Positions 48,909-57,300 of a stretch of 64,000 bases of DNA are shown in pieces. The stretch comes from Candidatus Hydrothermarchaeales archaeon (lineage in GTDB: Archaea; Hydrothermarchaeota; Hydrothermarchaeia; Hydrothermarchaeales; JAZGAD01). The first letter of the stretch is position 1, and each line of letters opens with the position of its first letter. Under the pieces are notes generated by a model. It saw only the letters and a list, made by a program, of their open reading frames with translations, searched no databases and was not told the origin of the DNA. Location: positions 27,341-91,340 of the forward strand of contig JAZGAD010000053.1 of NCBI GenBank assembly GCA_036444275.1. Reading direction: 5' to 3'. Made by a program: the position numbers and the translations under genes.

Positions 48909-50456
48909 TCACCCACTTTCCACCTCAGCGTTTGCAATCTTTGCATCGCTTATTACTTCCTTTCTTAGGGCATAGACCATTAGACTCAATCTCCCAGTCT
49001 TTTTAGGTGTTATGGATATGGAGACGTTCCTCTTTTCTCCTGCATCTAAATAGAGCTGGCTCTTCTCCCATATCCCGCTGCCGAGATGACTCTTGCGCAG
49101 GAATATACCAGTAGTCCCTTCAGTATCGAGGAGCTGTGGCATGTCCGTATCAAAGATTAACACAGATATCTCTCCGCCTTTTGATCCAGAATTTTCCATG
49201 GTGAAGACTAGCTCAGAGGTCTTATTGACTCTCAGCTTTGGAATGTCTATGCTTACAATCTTGGGAGAAATGCGAAGTTCCCGTACCTCTGCTTCTTTAG
49301 TGATACTGGAGAGCAGTAAACCCCTTCACACCAATGCTATTTCGAACCTTCTCTTCCCTGGCTGTCCTATCTCAGTCGAATACTCATAAGTGAGGTTCTC
49401 GCCAGCCTCAAGAGACATCGATCTTTGGTTAATTGCACCAGTGCTGCTAGAGAAAACTAATATAGCATCCCTTTTCACATCATCGTGGTTCTCTATAGAG
49501 ATTTCAATGACCGTATCCTCTCCAGCGAACAGTTCTGGCACAAAAGTGCCTGTAATCTCTACATTTGGTTCTTTCACTTGGATCGACGATTTCCGTTGCG
49601 TTACTACTCCTCCTTCTCTTATCACCGCTACAGTGTAGTTCTGGAGGCCAGGGCTGTAGATGGTAAATGTTCTCTCGCTGATTGTGGTTCCAAGCTCCAA
49701 AGATAGTTCGTTGTAGCTCCTTTCACCACTTGAAGCAGAGATAGATAGGTAATACTCCCCCTGCTTTATGCCGTGGTTCTTTACAACGATGGAAACCGGG
49801 AATTCAACTCCAGCGCTAACTTCCTTTTGGCCTTCTAATGTGATTATCTCTATGGGCGTACTAAGGGAAGACAAATGTGAGGTAACGTTCCCCTCTACGT
49901 AGCCTCCCAGCAGTATCAGGAATATTACTAAGAAGAGTAAGCTTCTACCAACAAATTTAGCGCTATCCACTTCTTCTATGTTCCTGAGGCCTATGGCCCC
50001 ACTAAGGATTATAGCCGGGATCTCGAAGATGCCGTGTGGCACGATAGAAAGCAGGATCAAGAAGAGAGTTACATTAGTTACAAGTGTGCCCATGAAATAG
50101 CCTGTAGAGAAGCCATTGAGGAACAGCACTAGAGTCGGTATCATGTAGAGAAAAGCTATTCCCTCAGAGTCAGCGCTAGTTATCCTGAAGACTTTTGCCA
50201 CGATGAAAGGCCCAAGAGCAGTTATAAAGGCTGCAACTAGGTTATTCGCTATCAGCGCAAGTATACCCCTGTTTAGCTCCAGAAGAGAGAATTTCCAGCT
50301 GAGGAACGCAGGAGTGGTCTCTCCAAAATATCCCAGTATGGCACCTACAATTCCCCCCGAGAGAAAGAGCAAAGTAGCGTGTCTCACGTGCCGCATGAGT
50401 CCTGATGGTTTCATAAGCATAAATAGATTTTTAAAATAGGAAGACATAAATAACAC
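48909..50456 (-). pseudogene. SpoIIM (DUF95)-domain membrane protein with Ig-like repeats, interrupted by an in-frame TGA at 49326-49328
   Basis: LIANNL, LFLNG, IVPHGIFEIPA; ORFs 49326..50456 and 48909..49199 share a frame and the sequence between them is open. Confidence 0.75.
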
Positions 50457-50484
50457 GAATAGAATCTAGAAAAATCCCTACCAC

Positions 50485-50560
50485 AGCGGGGTGGGGTAGC
50501 CAGGTCAATCCCGCCGGGCTCATAACCCGGAGATCGGTCGTTCAAATCGACCCCCCGCTA
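50485..50560 (+). tRNA. Initiator tRNA-Met(CAT)
   Basis: A1:T72 pair, GGG/CCC in anticodon stem, loop CTCATAA. Confidence 0.96.
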
Positions 50561-50670
50561 TTAAGTCCGGTCATATTACGTTCATGTTTTTTGAGTGATA
50601 CGACACACCGGTACCAGCGCCTATTTACCGACAGCAATATTTATATACTAATTTTGTCCTATAAACAGTC

Positions 50671-50857
50671 TAGGCTAAAGATTAGGCTAAAGATTAAAGT
50701 CCAGCAACGGCAGGTCAAATCGAAGGAAAAAGAATACACGCAACTATGGATTGCACTGTCTTGCCAAAAGTAATAGCCAGGGCTTTGAGGGTAGAGAAAG
50801 GGAGGCGAGTTAGAAGTATTCGTTGAACGCGGTGATTTTATACTCAGGCGGGTATAA
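50671..50857 (+). pseudogene. Frameshifted AbrB/MazE/SpoVT-like gene relic
   Basis: Across two frameshifts it reads KIKVQQRQVKSKEKEYTQLWIAL/LPKVIARALRVEKG/GELEVFVERGDFILRRV*; the start is lost in a 12-bp duplication. Confidence 0.6.
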
Positions 50858-50943
50858 AGGGCGATGTATCTATTCTGTTATAAGAACAAAATATAAGCCA
50901 AACGGTGTGCTAGTATATTCGAGTAGAGTGGAGGTGGTAGATA

Positions 50944-51576
50944 ATGGAAGTTGTTAAATTAAGTGAAGCGCAGCTAGACGCGCTTAGGGAGGTTGGGAAT
51001 ATAGGGGCTGGCCATGCATCAACTGCACTGGCACAGATGATCGGTAAAAAGGTCTACGTAAAGGTCCCCCTGACAGCGTTGGTGGAAGTGGAGAAGATCC
51101 CTGAGGTGGTTGGAGGAATGGAAACACTGATCGTGGGTATATACCTAAGGCTTCTTGGGGACATAAGGGGCACTGCCTTATTGACATTCAAGAAGGACCA
51201 GGCTTTGTATTTAGCTAATCTGATGTTGGGAAAGGAAGATGACCCACTGGATGTAATGAACGAGGAAAATAAGTCCGCCATCATGGAACTGGGGAACATA
51301 CTATCGGGGTCATATATGACTGCATTGAGTGCGTTTATGGGACTCAACATCGTACCCTCTGTCCCATATATGGCCTATGATATGGTTGGGGCAGTGTTAG
51401 ACCTCCTGCTGATAGATCTAAGTCAAACTGTGGAGCATGCGCTGATCATTGAGACCGAATTCGCTACGCCTCAAGAGATACTTGGTGGAGAATTTTTGAT
51501 GTTCTTCGAGCCAAATTCTTATATGAAGATATTAAAAGCGCTGGGAATGTATGAAGAACCAGCAGTATCAAAGTGA
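50944..51576 (+). CDS. cheC: Chemotaxis phosphatase CheC
   Basis: DALREVGNIGAGHASTAL and SAIMELGNILSG (D/S-x3-E-x2-N) repeats, PSVP. Confidence 0.93.
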   Translation: MEVVKLSEAQLDALREVGNIGAGHASTALAQMIGKKVYVKVPLTALVEVEKIPEVVGGMETLIVGIYLRLLGDIRGTALLTFKKDQALYLANLMLGKEDDPLDVMNEENKSAIMELGNILSGSYMTALSAFMGLNIVPSVPYMAYDMVGAVLDLLLIDLSQTVEHALIIETEFATPQEILGGEFLMFFEPNSYMKILKALGMYEEPAVSK

Positions 51577-51621
51577 CCTGACTCGGACTAGTCAAGTAAA
51601 ATCAGTCCTCATCACTAATGT

Positions 51622-51906
51622 TCAAGCTTTAGTGAAGAAATAAAGCACAGCAATTCCCACGAGGACTAGGAGGGTTGCTGCGACCGTATACTTTGTGAAT
51701 TCCTGTGTGGATCTGACTTTTCTCTCAGGCATGTAACGCTCTACATCACCTTCCGCCCGTAAAACGTAGTCCAGGCACACCGTCGGATTCAGCATCTCTT
51801 CGCGAGTGAGCATCTTGTTATGCCTTCTGCACCTGTCTTCATCTAGTCCCTCACTACTCAATGCAAAAAAGGTACAATATTTACAATATTTTTCTTCCAC
51901 ACCCAT
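51622..51906 (-). CDS. Small Cys-containing protein with C-terminal TM anchor
   Basis: CKYC..C..C followed by a hydrophobic tail. Confidence 0.7.
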   Translation of the reverse strand: MGVEEKYCKYCTFFALSSEGLDEDRCRRHNKMLTREEMLNPTVCLDYVLRAEGDVERYMPERKVRSTQEFTKYTVAATLLVLVGIAVLYFFTKA

Positions 51907-52047
51907 TCTTCCACACCCAAATATTATTTGTCTTATCTAATATATATATTTAATGATAAATAATGACATATTTAATAATAAATTATGAACGATTAAGGCG
52001 GAAAAAGCAAAATATAAATAGAGGCCGTCATTAATAAAAGGAGCATC

Positions 52048-53964
52048 ATGTTCTTGCCAGCGAAAATGACTAAAGTTACTGCAGTGGTGCTCGATGATTA
52101 TAAAGATTCTCTGATAGCGGAACTTCATGAGCTGGGTACTCTGGAGATAAAGGATATCACCGAAGAGATCGAAGAGGGGTCCTTGGTTTCTCCTGCAAAA
52201 GCCGATGAGAGGGTAGCGGACATCCTACCACTTTTAACCCGGACGAACAGACTTTTAGAGACCCTCGAGCATATAAAGAAGAAGCCCCATGGCCTCTTTG
52301 CAGAGCCCGAGGAACCCATAGATATAGAAGACATAGCCAAGCTCAGATCTGAGTCTATAAGTATGCTGGAAGAGGTTGAGGGGTCAGTTAAAACCCTAGA
52401 GGATTCGTTGGCAGGGATCGATAGGGATATAGAGGAATATTCCTCTGCAATAGAGACACTCGACAAGTTTAAGGAGTTCGACTTCAACCTGCGCTATGTG
52501 GGAGAGTCCACGTATCTATTCGTAGCCTGCGGTGAAGTATCCACTGAAGTGTTAGATGCTCTTGCTACCGAGCTTAAATCACTGGATACCCTGCTTCTAT
52601 CGGAAAGAAAGGAAAGAAGAAGCCCTGTTGTTGTAGCTGGTTTAAAGGCGGATAAAACTAGGATTTATGAGACCTTGAAAGGATATGGCTTTGAAGAGTT
52701 CACGCTTCCAAAGGAAGATGGAACGCCTAGGGAAATCATAGAGGAATACACAAAAAAGATATCTGACCGTGAGGATAGACGGGGAGATCTTGTCTCTAAA
52801 CTGGAAAAGCTGTCAGATGAGAATCTACAGAAACTTTTGGTCCTAAAGGAACTGCTTCAAATCGAGGGGGAGCGGGCAGGAATCACGAAGAGATTTGCCA
52901 AGACAACTAGGACATTTGTAGTTGAGGGTTTTGCTCCAGAGAAAAAATCTAAGGCGCTACTGGAGGCTCTGCAGGAGCGAACAAAGGGATATGCTATCAT
53001 CAGATTAGAGGAGCCCACAGAGCCCGAGGAAGCTATACCTGTTCTGCTAGACAATCCAGGCTTTGTAAAGCCGTTTGAGATACTGACAAAGACCTTCGGC
53101 ATGCCCTCCTATACTGAGATGGATCCTACATTTATGATGGCGCTGTGGTTCCCATTATTCTTCGGGATTATGCTAACGGATGCGGCCTACGGTATTATGT
53201 TGCTGGCACTTTCCTTCTTCTTGTACACCCATTTTACAGGTGCGCTAAGGGATATAAGCATGATATTGCTGATCTCTTCAGTCTTTACAATTGTCTTGGG
53301 GATATTGTTTGGAAGCATATTCGGCGACTTCTTTCAGAGGTTTTTTGGATTTCAGTTCGGGGTCTTCGATATGCTTGTAAAAGCCGAGGTCGCACTCATC
53401 TTAGCTATAATAGTAGGCATGCTTCACCTCAATATCGGCCTCGCCATGGGGATTAAGAGAAAACTGGAAATAAAGGCATACGAAAAGCTCTTATATGAAC
53501 ATATATGGATACTCACATTAGAGATCGGATGCATTCTAATATTACTATCTAAAGCTAGGTATTTACCTACTTTTAATCTTGGCTTATTATTTATAGGTGG
53601 ATCCATACTCATATTGATAAAAGGCGATGGCGTGCTAGGCGTTATGCGCATACCATCCTTCTTCGGTGCTGTCCTCTCATATGCGCGCCTCTTAGCCCTA
53701 GGTCTAGCCACTACGGGTGTCGCTATGGCGGTGAATATCATGAGCGAGATGCTAGGCAAATCTACGCTGGGTGTGATCCTTGCAATACTGCTCCTTGTGG
53801 TTGGGCACGTATTTAATCTTGTAATAAACGCTTTCGGCGCATTCATTCATGCTATGCGTCTGCATTACTTGGAATTCTTCGGTATGTTTTATGAAGCAAA
53901 GGGCAAGATATTCTTACCATTTGAAGCAAAGAGAAAATATACTAAAATAGGATTAAGGAGGTGA
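52048..53964 (+). CDS. atpI: A/V-type ATP synthase subunit I (a)
   Basis: MFLPAKMTK, PVLLDNP, EMDPT, FFGIMLTDAAYG, LSYARLLALGLA, HAMRLHYLEFF. Confidence 0.96.
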   Translation: MFLPAKMTKVTAVVLDDYKDSLIAELHELGTLEIKDITEEIEEGSLVSPAKADERVADILPLLTRTNRLLETLEHIKKKPHGLFAEPEEPIDIEDIAKLRSESISMLEEVEGSVKTLEDSLAGIDRDIEEYSSAIETLDKFKEFDFNLRYVGESTYLFVACGEVSTEVLDALATELKSLDTLLLSERKERRSPVVVAGLKADKTRIYETLKGYGFEEFTLPKEDGTPREIIEEYTKKISDREDRRGDLVSKLEKLSDENLQKLLVLKELLQIEGERAGITKRFAKTTRTFVVEGFAPEKKSKALLEALQERTKGYAIIRLEEPTEPEEAIPVLLDNPGFVKPFEILTKTFGMPSYTEMDPTFMMALWFPLFFGIMLTDAAYGIMLLALSFFLYTHFTGALRDISMILLISSVFTIVLGILFGSIFGDFFQRFFGFQFGVFDMLVKAEVALILAIIVGMLHLNIGLAMGIKRKLEIKAYEKLLYEHIWILTLEIGCILILLSKARYLPTFNLGLLFIGGSILILIKGDGVLGVMRIPSFFGAVLSYARLLALGLATTGVAMAVNIMSEMLGKSTLGVILAILLLVVGHVFNLVINAFGAFIHAMRLHYLEFFGMFYEAKGKIFLPFEAKRKYTKIGLRR

Positions 53965-53968
53965 ATAT

Positions 53969-54199
53969 ATGGTGGTAGACATAAACATAGGTTTGCGAGC
54001 GCTTGGTGCAGGTATAGCAATAGCCTTTGCAGGAGGACTTTCAGCTGTTGGCCAAGGCCAGGTTGCAGCTGCTGGGGTAGGTGCAACGGCAGAGAAGGAA
54101 GAGATGTTTCCAAAGGCTATAGTACTAGCAGCGATGGTCGAGACCCAAGCAGTATACGGATTCGTGATAGCAATCCTCATCCTCTTCGCTATGACATAA
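53969..54199 (+). CDS. atpK: A/V-type ATP synthase subunit K (c), single hairpin
   Basis: Two TM helices, SAVGQG and ETQAVYG. Confidence 0.95.
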   Translation: MVVDINIGLRALGAGIAIAFAGGLSAVGQGQVAAAGVGATAEKEEMFPKAIVLAAMVETQAVYGFVIAILILFAMT

Positions 54200-54232
54200 G
54201 TCCGTAAACCAATTAGAATAGAAGGGTAAAAG

Positions 54233-55312
54233 ATGCTTTCCTCTTTGGAGGGAATAACAGTAGGCTACAGATATGCCTATCCAGTAGCCAGAGTAAGTGC
54301 TAGGCGGAGCTTTCTCCTTAGCGAGAAGCAGCTTGCATCTATTGCTGAGGCAGATAATCTAGAGGATGCAGTTAATATACTGAGCGGTACTGTATACGAC
54401 TTTGTCTCTCAGATAAGCGAAGAATTATCAATTGAACAGGCATTGAATAAGAACCTAGTAGAGACTCTTCTGGAGATACATAAGTTCCTGCCGAGCGATG
54501 CGCAGGAGGTATTCCTCTATTGTCTGGGCAAGTATGAGACCTTGAATATAAAATCGATTCTTGCAGGTGTATATGCAGGGCTCCCAAAGGAAGAGATAAC
54601 TAAGAGCATTGTTCCAATAAACCTGGAGCTTACGGAGCATTTCTATTCTGATTTGGCGTCTCTGAAGAGTGTTGAGGATGTGGTGTCGCACTTGGAGGAA
54701 ACGCCTTACGGCTTCTTAATAAAAATACTGCCGAAATATGAGGAAACTGGGTTGTTGCTGCCATTGAATACTGCTTTGGATAGGTTCGCGTATGAACGGG
54801 CATATGAGGTGGCCTCGTCTTTCAAGGGACCAGACATTGAGCTCCTGAAGAAGATGATTGGAACCGAGATAGACATAATAAACATAAAAACCATCTTGAG
54901 GCTAAAGGCAGCTGGGGTTAAGGTAGACGATATAGCTGGATACCTCATTCCACATGGCTATGAGTTAGAAGGCAAACTGCCATCGTTCTACAAACTAGAG
55001 AGCATCGCCGACGGCATAGAAGTATTGAAAAACACAGCGTACTATGAACCATTGAGCAGCGCTTTAAAGGGATACAGTCAATATGAGATAAGCAGCTATG
55101 AGACTATCAAGAGGCTTGGTCCATTTGAAAGGGCGCTCGACGAGTTTTATATAAGGTTTGGAAGGACTCTCTATATGGAACAGTCCATGGGGATGGGAGC
55201 TGTCTTGAGGTATGTCATAGAAAAGACGAGGGAGATTAGAAACCTGATAACTATGTTAAAGCTGAAGGCAGAGGGATTTTCACCTGAGGAGATCAAAAAA
55301 TGGAAGACGTAG
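54233..55312 (+). CDS. atpC: A/V-type ATP synthase subunit C (d)
   Basis: YAYPVARV.AR...LL, NIKSIL, EIDIINIKTILRLK, EIRNL. Confidence 0.92.
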   Translation: MLSSLEGITVGYRYAYPVARVSARRSFLLSEKQLASIAEADNLEDAVNILSGTVYDFVSQISEELSIEQALNKNLVETLLEIHKFLPSDAQEVFLYCLGKYETLNIKSILAGVYAGLPKEEITKSIVPINLELTEHFYSDLASLKSVEDVVSHLEETPYGFLIKILPKYEETGLLLPLNTALDRFAYERAYEVASSFKGPDIELLKKMIGTEIDIINIKTILRLKAAGVKVDDIAGYLIPHGYELEGKLPSFYKLESIADGIEVLKNTAYYEPLSSALKGYSQYEISSYETIKRLGPFERALDEFYIRFGRTLYMEQSMGMGAVLRYVIEKTREIRNLITMLKLKAEGFSPEEIKKWKT

Positions 55313-55443
55313 TTGAAAGGATAATGAAGGACCCGGAAAAGAGGGCCAAGCTGTTCTATGCCTTCACCATAGGGTTGAAGCTTACGAATGTAATGATCGC
55401 CCTCGGTATCTTCATATTAATCTTTAAATTAACAACCGGTTAA
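55300..55443 (+). CDS. 47-aa membrane peptide coupled to atpC
   Basis: ATG overlaps the atpC end, GAGGAG upstream; MEDVVERIMKDPEKRAKLFYAFTIGLKLTNVMIALGIFILIFKLTTG. Confidence 0.7.
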   Translation: MEDVVERIMKDPEKRAKLFYAFTIGLKLTNVMIALGIFILIFKLTTG

Positions 55444-55520
55444 CTTTGGTCTTCACTAACCATTAGCTGGTTTGCATTTCCAGTCGATATCTACTTGTTA
55501 AGGATCAGGTACCTATCGTA

Positions 55521-55958
55521 TCACCTTACTCTTGATGCTCCAGCATATCTTTGTTTTGTCGTGAAGTAGTTATATTGCCATTTCTTTGCCACGTCTCTTG
55601 TAGTGATAATACCTATGATTTTCCCATTTTCTACTACTGGGAGTCTTCGAATACGCTGGCTGTTGAAGATCCCGCTTGCTTCTTGAATGCTGGCATTCGC
55701 GTCTATGGTATAACGTAGCTCGGTCATGATATCGCTAGCTTTCGCTGAGCTTGGGTCTAATCCTCCTGCAATTACCTTGCTTAGAACATCCCTCTCGGTT
55801 ATTATTCCGTATTTGCGGTCGCTTACGTGCACCAAAACAGAGCCGATGGTCTTGTCCCGCATCATCTTAGATAGCTCTAGGACTGAGGTCTCAGGAGTTA
55901 CTACTGTTGTATCATGCATTATCTCTTTTATGTGCATGTATCTATCATGGTTGTTCAT
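55521..55958 (-). CDS. Tandem CBS-domain protein
   Basis: IGSVLV..GIITERD and IRRLPVV..IIGIITTRD. Confidence 0.9.
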   Translation of the reverse strand: MNNHDRYMHIKEIMHDTTVVTPETSVLELSKMMRDKTIGSVLVHVSDRKYGIITERDVLSKVIAGGLDPSSAKASDIMTELRYTIDANASIQEASGIFNSQRIRRLPVVENGKIIGIITTRDVAKKWQYNYFTTKQRYAGASRVR

Positions 55959-56014
55959 GATATATAAAGTTAACTATGATTCATCATGTTTTATCATGAT
56001 ATTTAGGTGGGTTT

Positions 56015-56113
56015 ATGTTTATATTAAGATTGAGGAAAACCCTCGAAATAGAAAATGGCAACCGTGTTAAGTGGGTCATAGACCGTGGCGCTCTCATACT
56101 CCAAAGGGTATAA
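56015..56113 (+). pseudogene. Truncated AbrB-like fragment
   Basis: LRKTLEIENGNRVKWVIDRGALILQRV*; similar to the relic at 50671-50857. Confidence 0.45.
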
Positions 56114-56214
56114 GGGGTTTTGTTGAGGATTTCTATATTTTAGGTTGTAGATAGAGGACTTTCATTTTAGTGGGTTTTATATTGTTTATAAGTGGATTCA
56201 TTAGGTGACTTTGT

Positions 56215-56997
56215 ATGCAGAATCGTTATGTTGGTGATGTTGGGGATTTTGGGAAGTATGGTCTTTTAAGAGCGTTATGTTTACCTGCTAAAAGGGATTT
56301 GGGTTCAGAGTTGTCTCTAGGTGTAGTTTGGTATCTTGTCCCTAATGAGAGTCATAATGCTGACGGAAAACATACACGGTATCTAGAGGATACGTATAAG
56401 AAAAAGGAATTCTTCAGACGCTGCGACCCGGAGCTATACGACAAACTCAAAACCATAGTCCAGAGAGATGAGAGAGACATTACAAAAATACGGGAATACG
56501 AGGTTCTACCAAAAAAATCCGTCTTCTATGAAGAACTTTTAACTTTTGATGATAAGCCATTACAGGAACGAATCGACTTTAGGCGGAGATGGGTAAATGA
56601 GGCTATAGAAAAAACCAATGTATGCAACATTATTTTTGTGGACCCCGACAATGGGCTAGAAGTTAGTAGTGTTAAAATGCACGAGAAAAAAGGCGCCAAA
56701 TACACCTTTTTCAACGAACTTACCAAATACATACCTAGGAATCAGAGTCTCGTCATCTACCAACATTTAAGCCGTAAAGGCGCTGCCGAAATACAAATTA
56801 GAGAAAGGTTAACCCAAATTAACGATGAACTCCAGCCACCTGGGGAGATTTTTGTGCTCCGTTACAGAAGAGGTACTGCAAGAGTATTCTTCGTTATACC
56901 CTCTAAAAAAGACAAAGACATAATCTCGATGCGGATAGAATACTTTCTTAGTTCACCCTGGTCTAAACACTTCTCCCGAGGTACCTCTAGCTATTAA
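56215..56997 (+). CDS. Uncharacterised protein, possible RlmJ-like methyltransferase fold
   Basis: MQNRYVGDVGDFGKYGLLRAL and IIFVDPDNGLE, VIYQH; AGGTGA RBS. Confidence 0.7.
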   Translation: MQNRYVGDVGDFGKYGLLRALCLPAKRDLGSELSLGVVWYLVPNESHNADGKHTRYLEDTYKKKEFFRRCDPELYDKLKTIVQRDERDITKIREYEVLPKKSVFYEELLTFDDKPLQERIDFRRRWVNEAIEKTNVCNIIFVDPDNGLEVSSVKMHEKKGAKYTFFNELTKYIPRNQSLVIYQHLSRKGAAEIQIRERLTQINDELQPPGEIFVLRYRRGTARVFFVIPSKKDKDIISMRIEYFLSSPWSKHFSRGTSSY

Positions 56998-57024
56998 ACC
57001 CTAAGACTTTGGACGTAGATAGAG

Positions 57025-57086
57025 AGCGTTGGGGGTGGGATTTGAACCTACGCGTGCTTTCACACATCAGCTTAGCAGGCTGCGCC
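57025..57086 (-). repeat. Degenerate copy of the 3' part of tRNA-Ser(GCT) (att site)
   Basis: Matches 59063-59125 with 3 substitutions and a 1-nt deletion. Confidence 0.92.
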
Positions 57087-57300
57087 GGCCGGTGCTGGTT
57101 TTTCGTGTATTTTTTAACTTCGGATAAAAATTGTTCAGATTTATTCACTTTTATCCCCTCTATTATGCCTTTTTGTTTGTATTTAGTAGATAAATAGTGG
57201 TATTTAGCCAATCTCATAGACTAGATTCTCTTCCAATTTTATATCAAAAAACATTTAAGTTTCGTTAGACTAATAAGCTATGGCAATGGGGTAACGTATT

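Noticed and set aside
49326-49328. Selenocysteine codon
   Set aside because: The context is a beta-strand of an Ig-like repeat rather than a redox motif, no SECIS was recognised, and Trp>stop is more parsimonious
57025-57086. Second tRNA-Ser gene
   Set aside because: It lacks the 5' acceptor strand and D-arm and has stem-breaking changes; it is an att remnant
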